DNA of 29,790 nucleotides from a virus: UHGV virus genome UHGV-1477313; one strand, 5' to 3'. Shown piece by piece: positions 26,764 to 29,790 of this stretch (position 1 is its first letter; each line of letters starts with the position of its first letter). The notes under the pieces were generated by a model. It saw only the letters and a program-made list of their open reading frames with translations, ran no database searches and was not told where the DNA came from. The position numbers and the translations under genes were made by a program.

Positions 26764-26775
26764 GTGACATGTCAC
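26764..26775. repeat. 12-bp perfect palindrome GTGACATGTCAC, copy 3 of 3
   Basis: Exact match; overlaps the stop codon of the 26772..27110 gene, about 110 bp upstream of terS. Confidence 0.6.
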
Positions 26776-27110
26776 ACTATTAATTTCGTTTCATGCCAGC
26801 CTTTAGTCACCCAGCATTGCGAGTCACCATTACACGGGCATGAATTCACAGGAATTCTCTCGCCGCACTTACCGCAAAGTTTTCTGCTGATCGATTTTAT
26901 ACGCCCGTGCACGCGAGCATCATCCTGGCGGATAAGTAACGCAATATACTCACCAAATTCGTAAGGCACACGCCCGGGGCGACGCGTGGCACAGTTACGC
27001 TCCAGCATTTCAATTTCCTGAGCATCAAGCACAATCTCCAGCTTACGTACACCGGATGCAGCTTGCCTGGCTCTCTGAGCGGCTTTGCGCTCTGCTGCTG
27101 ATTTAGCCAT
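26772..27110 (-). CDS. Hypothetical protein (112 aa) with C-terminal Cys cluster (CGKCG..CPCNG..C), possible zinc-ribbon DNA-binding protein
   Basis: ATG 27110 preceded by AAGGTGA; ORF track used TTG 27113. Confidence 0.55.
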   Translation of the reverse strand: MAKSAAERKAAQRARQAASGVRKLEIVLDAQEIEMLERNCATRRPGRVPYEFGEYIALLIRQDDARVHGRIKSISRKLCGKCGERIPVNSCPCNGDSQCWVTKGWHETKLIV

Positions 27111-27384
27111 CAATATTCACCTTTATCGCGTACACTTTTACCGGTTTATCGCCGAAGTGGGGATGTGTGATTGTCTTGATTTCATACCCTTCATACGGGA
27201 CGTCAATTCTGCGACTGAAGTCGTCGCGCTTCGGATATCCCTTTGTGATAATCAGGCGGTCATATTCCCGGAACATGATTCGCTTATTCCAGTAGTCATT
27301 ACACAGGCGATACTCTTCAGTTTTCTCTCCGCGAATAATGGCATCGAAGTATTCACCTTTGACGGCAAGTTGCAGGTTAGCCAT
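27103..27384 (-). CDS. ASCH-like domain protein (93 aa)
   Basis: Translation MANLQLAVKGEYFDAIIRGEKTEEYR.. resembles ASCH/PUA-like small phage proteins. ATG 27384 overlaps the upstream stop (TAATG). Confidence 0.55.
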   Translation of the reverse strand: MANLQLAVKGEYFDAIIRGEKTEEYRLCNDYWNKRIMFREYDRLIITKGYPKRDDFSRRIDVPYEGYEIKTITHPHFGDKPVKVYAIKVNIDG

Positions 27385-27644
27385 TACCGCACCTCCAGTC
27401 TCCATATCGCCTGACCAATCCGGCTGGCATGGTTATCTTTAGATACTGTTCCGTCTTTAGCCATCTCCATAAGAATTTTGCGCAAATCTGCCGAACGCCA
27501 TTCTTCATCAGGAAATTCCTTCTCCATTGCCAACCGCAGATTCCAGGTTGCTATCGTGAATGGATATTCCCAGCCGAGAGCTTTCTCTTGCAGGGCAGCA
27601 CGGGAACGCATCACCAGCAAAACCTTCTCTTTTACATCCATCAT
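27384..27644 (-). CDS. Hypothetical protein (86 aa)
   Basis: Strong AGGAGG SD before ATG 27644. Confidence 0.6.
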   Translation of the reverse strand: MMDVKEKVLLVMRSRAALQEKALGWEYPFTIATWNLRLAMEKEFPDEEWRSADLRKILMEMAKDGTVSKDNHASRIGQAIWRLEVR

Positions 27645-28849
27645 TTTGCCTCCTGCGGCGGTTCTGGCAGCGGCATCCAGTGGGTTACTTTTGATGCAGG
27701 TTCTTCTCCAATGTCAGTTACTGCCCACCATTTGTTTCTCGACCAATCGTAATACCCTTCGAAGGTATCGCGTCCAGCAAATCCGCGAGACTCCCCAAAA
27801 AACCAAACATACTGTTTATCGTCCGGCATTCGCTCACTACAGCTTATCCAGCCATCCGGAGTTACCTGAGAATTGCCATTTACCAAGTCAGCTCGAACAT
27901 ATAGCGTGTCATCATGGTGCTGATTGTGGCTGCACCACGTTAATTCGCTTAACTCGCCATCTTCTGGCCATACTCCAGCTGTTTGCAGCCAGATATGGGC
28001 TGGCGCATCCTGGCAAGGTGTATTAACTGGAAACTTGTAAGCCTGGCTTACAGGCTCGGAACCATGAAGAATGGCGGCGCGGCAGGCATCCTCTACACCC
28101 TTAACTGCATCTGCGCAGTAGTTATAGCGATTGCATTCCACTAACTTCTGCTTGAGATTTTCAATTGCTTGTGCGACATCAGCCTGTATTGGTGGAACGG
28201 CTGTCTGCTGCTCTCGAACGTCATTAGTCGCTATCGGTTCTGCTGCCAACTGACTGGCATATTTGTTAATGGTAACGATAAGCTCTTGCTCAGCCTCATC
28301 CAGACAATCACCGATACCTCGTCTGTCGCCGTCAAAATCATCGAAATCAGCACGAACTCTGGCAAACTTCAGGATTGCGGACAACACCTCACCAGGAATT
28401 ACCGGAGAGTTGGTTGACGTTTCCGCAATTTCCCGAAAATTATTGGTTGACGAATTCGCGTTTTTCCGAAAGTTCCCGGCATGAAGCATAGCCGCGCGGC
28501 AGGCGTTCCAGCCTCTCACCTCTGCAATAGCGGCAACAGCATCGACCGCGTACATGCTAAGAGGGTTAGGCATTGGTTTTTCTTCCGGTACTACTGGCGC
28601 TGGAGGGGCAGTGTAAAGCTGGTGCGTTCCATCAGGTAGCGAGTGACCCACATACTCACCGAACCCGTCAATACACATGCCCCCATCTTCAACAATGCAT
28701 TCCGCTACAGGCTCTGCTTCCAGTGATGCCAGCGCAATCCGTGCCAGCTCTTCCGCTTCTTCTGCTGGCAGTACAACGTTGCTACCAGGTCCGTATGTTT
28801 CGCGCCACTCCTTGATTGTCAGCAGTCGCTCTTTGGTAATAGTGATCAT
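27641..28849 (-). CDS. DUF551-domain phage protein (402 aa)
   Basis: C-terminus WISCSERMPDDKQYVWFFG...WWAVTDIGEEP..VTHWMPLPEPP is the characteristic DUF551 signature as I recall it. Confidence 0.75.
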   Translation of the reverse strand: MITITKERLLTIKEWRETYGPGSNVVLPAEEAEELARIALASLEAEPVAECIVEDGGMCIDGFGEYVGHSLPDGTHQLYTAPPAPVVPEEKPMPNPLSMYAVDAVAAIAEVRGWNACRAAMLHAGNFRKNANSSTNNFREIAETSTNSPVIPGEVLSAILKFARVRADFDDFDGDRRGIGDCLDEAEQELIVTINKYASQLAAEPIATNDVREQQTAVPPIQADVAQAIENLKQKLVECNRYNYCADAVKGVEDACRAAILHGSEPVSQAYKFPVNTPCQDAPAHIWLQTAGVWPEDGELSELTWCSHNQHHDDTLYVRADLVNGNSQVTPDGWISCSERMPDDKQYVWFFGESRGFAGRDTFEGYYDWSRNKWWAVTDIGEEPASKVTHWMPLPEPPQEAK

Positions 28850-29361
28850 GCCGCGTTTCCTTCTTTCTTATTAACAATTACACCGTCATATATTTCATTA
28901 AGGTGCCCTCTCAACTCCATGCGCCTTAATGCAGATAACATGTAATCGCATTCAACCTGCTTATTCCCAATAAAAGGTTTATCTTCAGGGTTACCCCAAC
29001 AGCAATTCCCCTTGGGCCATCCATGTACTTTCCGTACTCTTCCGTTAACAACGTGAAGTAATCCCCAGCCAGGAGGTAAATCCTCAATTGAAATAATTCC
29101 CGGCTCACTAATAAAGAATCGCCAGTCGCCCATGCCAAGTGAGGGATTTTTACGGAAACGCTTTTTTCTATCTGCCAACAAATCAGCACGAGAACACTTC
29201 GCCTCTATCAGGCATGATGCTGAATTTCTGAATCCCATAGCATCTGGCTGTTCTCCGGTACTGGTTACAGCTATAAAGCGGTCATGAAAACAAACCTTGA
29301 ACCCGTTGCGCTTAAGGAACTTGTACGCAATCTGACAGAGTTCGCGGTGTGTTAACGCCAT
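28846..29361 (-). CDS. Putative PD-(D/E)XK-family nuclease-like protein (171 aa)
   Basis: ATG 29361 preceded by AAAGGAGAG SD; motif D...LIEAKCS is consistent with a D-x(n)-ExK nuclease core. ORF-track N-terminal extension to 29442 is unlikely. Confidence 0.55.
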   Translation of the reverse strand: MALTHRELCQIAYKFLKRNGFKVCFHDRFIAVTSTGEQPDAMGFRNSASCLIEAKCSRADLLADRKKRFRKNPSLGMGDWRFFISEPGIISIEDLPPGWGLLHVVNGRVRKVHGWPKGNCCWGNPEDKPFIGNKQVECDYMLSALRRMELRGHLNEIYDGVIVNKKEGNAA

Positions 29362-29362
29362 A

Positions 29363-29790
29363 TCACTCTCCTTTGATGCGAATGCCAGCGACGCGTGGCA
29401 CATTAACTTCCACGATGCGCACAGTTGGTTTGTACATCTCAATCGCTGTCAGCCAGTCAGCGCCAGTCATGCGCTTTTCTGCATCGCCATTAGTCCACTT
29501 AACCGGTACACCAATAGCCTTCATCGCGATTTCTATTTCCCCGGCAATGGCGCTTTTTCCGCAACCAGTAAAACCAGAAACAACGACAAGAACTTCGCCT
29601 TTGGCTGGTTTTATTTCCCGCGCTTCCAGTTCTGCTATGCGCTTCTCTGATGCTTCAAGTAACGCCTGCTTATCGCGTAGCGCTTCTTCCAGTTCAGCAA
29701 CATGGCACTCACTATCAATAAGGTTGTTCTCTGCGGCTTCCAGCTCAACACGCAGCTTCCCTACCGTTAGCGCAATATCCTCGTTCTCCT
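29363..29790 (-). CDS. P-loop NTPase-like protein, C-terminal part (gene continues beyond window end)
   Basis: Minus-strand frame open to the window edge, ending at TGA 29365..29363. Translation has a coiled-coil-like stretch then Walker A-like VSGFTGCGKSA. Not in the ORF track because no start lies in the window. Confidence 0.55.
   Translation of the reverse strand, partial: ENEDIALTVGKLRVELEAAENNLIDSECHVAELEEALRDKQALLEASEKRIAELEAREIKPAKGEVLVVVSGFTGCGKSAIAGEIEIAMKAIGVPVKWTNGDAEKRMTGADWLTAIEMYKPTVRIVEVNVPRVAGIRIKGE

Noticed and set aside
1-29790. CRISPR arrays, IS elements or transposases, integrase/attachment site, rRNA
   Set aside because: No evenly spaced direct repeats, no transposase or integrase-like translations and no terminal inverted repeats were seen; the prophage ends appear to lie outside the window.

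Overview
The window is almost entirely phage DNA: a prophage or phage genome segment of a short-tailed, enterobacterial type. By gene order and content it resembles epsilon15/phiV10-like podoviruses; that assignment is from memory and not checked by search. A long minus-strand operon runs from high to low coordinates: early/accessory genes (P-loop protein, PD-(D/E)XK nuclease-like, DUF551, ASCH-like), small and large terminase, portal, scaffold, major capsid, tail tube-like and internal virion (ejection) proteins, two small membrane proteins, then a tailspike carrying an SGNH-esterase domain and a lysis cassette (two holin-like proteins, endolysin, start of a spanin). Many of these genes overlap by ATGA, consistent with translational coupling. 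Two plus-strand accessory islands interrupt it. Island 1 (about 4490-6950) holds a LexA-box-controlled Tum-like antirepressor, a Bro-N antirepressor that shares its C-terminal domain, a two-gene operon of unknown function (50 aa plus 158 aa), and a small secreted peptide. Island 2 (about 23450-24510) holds a structured non-coding leader, an argU-like tRNA-Arg(UCU), terminators, and a small conserved phage protein. Three short motif families recur at module boundaries: TTACC-N5-GGTAA (6 sites), the 12-bp palindrome GTGACATGTCAC (3 copies), and CCATATATGG (2 copies flanking the tailspike gene). No CRISPR array, transposase/IS element, integrase or rRNA was seen. All protein-family calls are from reading the translations; no database search was run.
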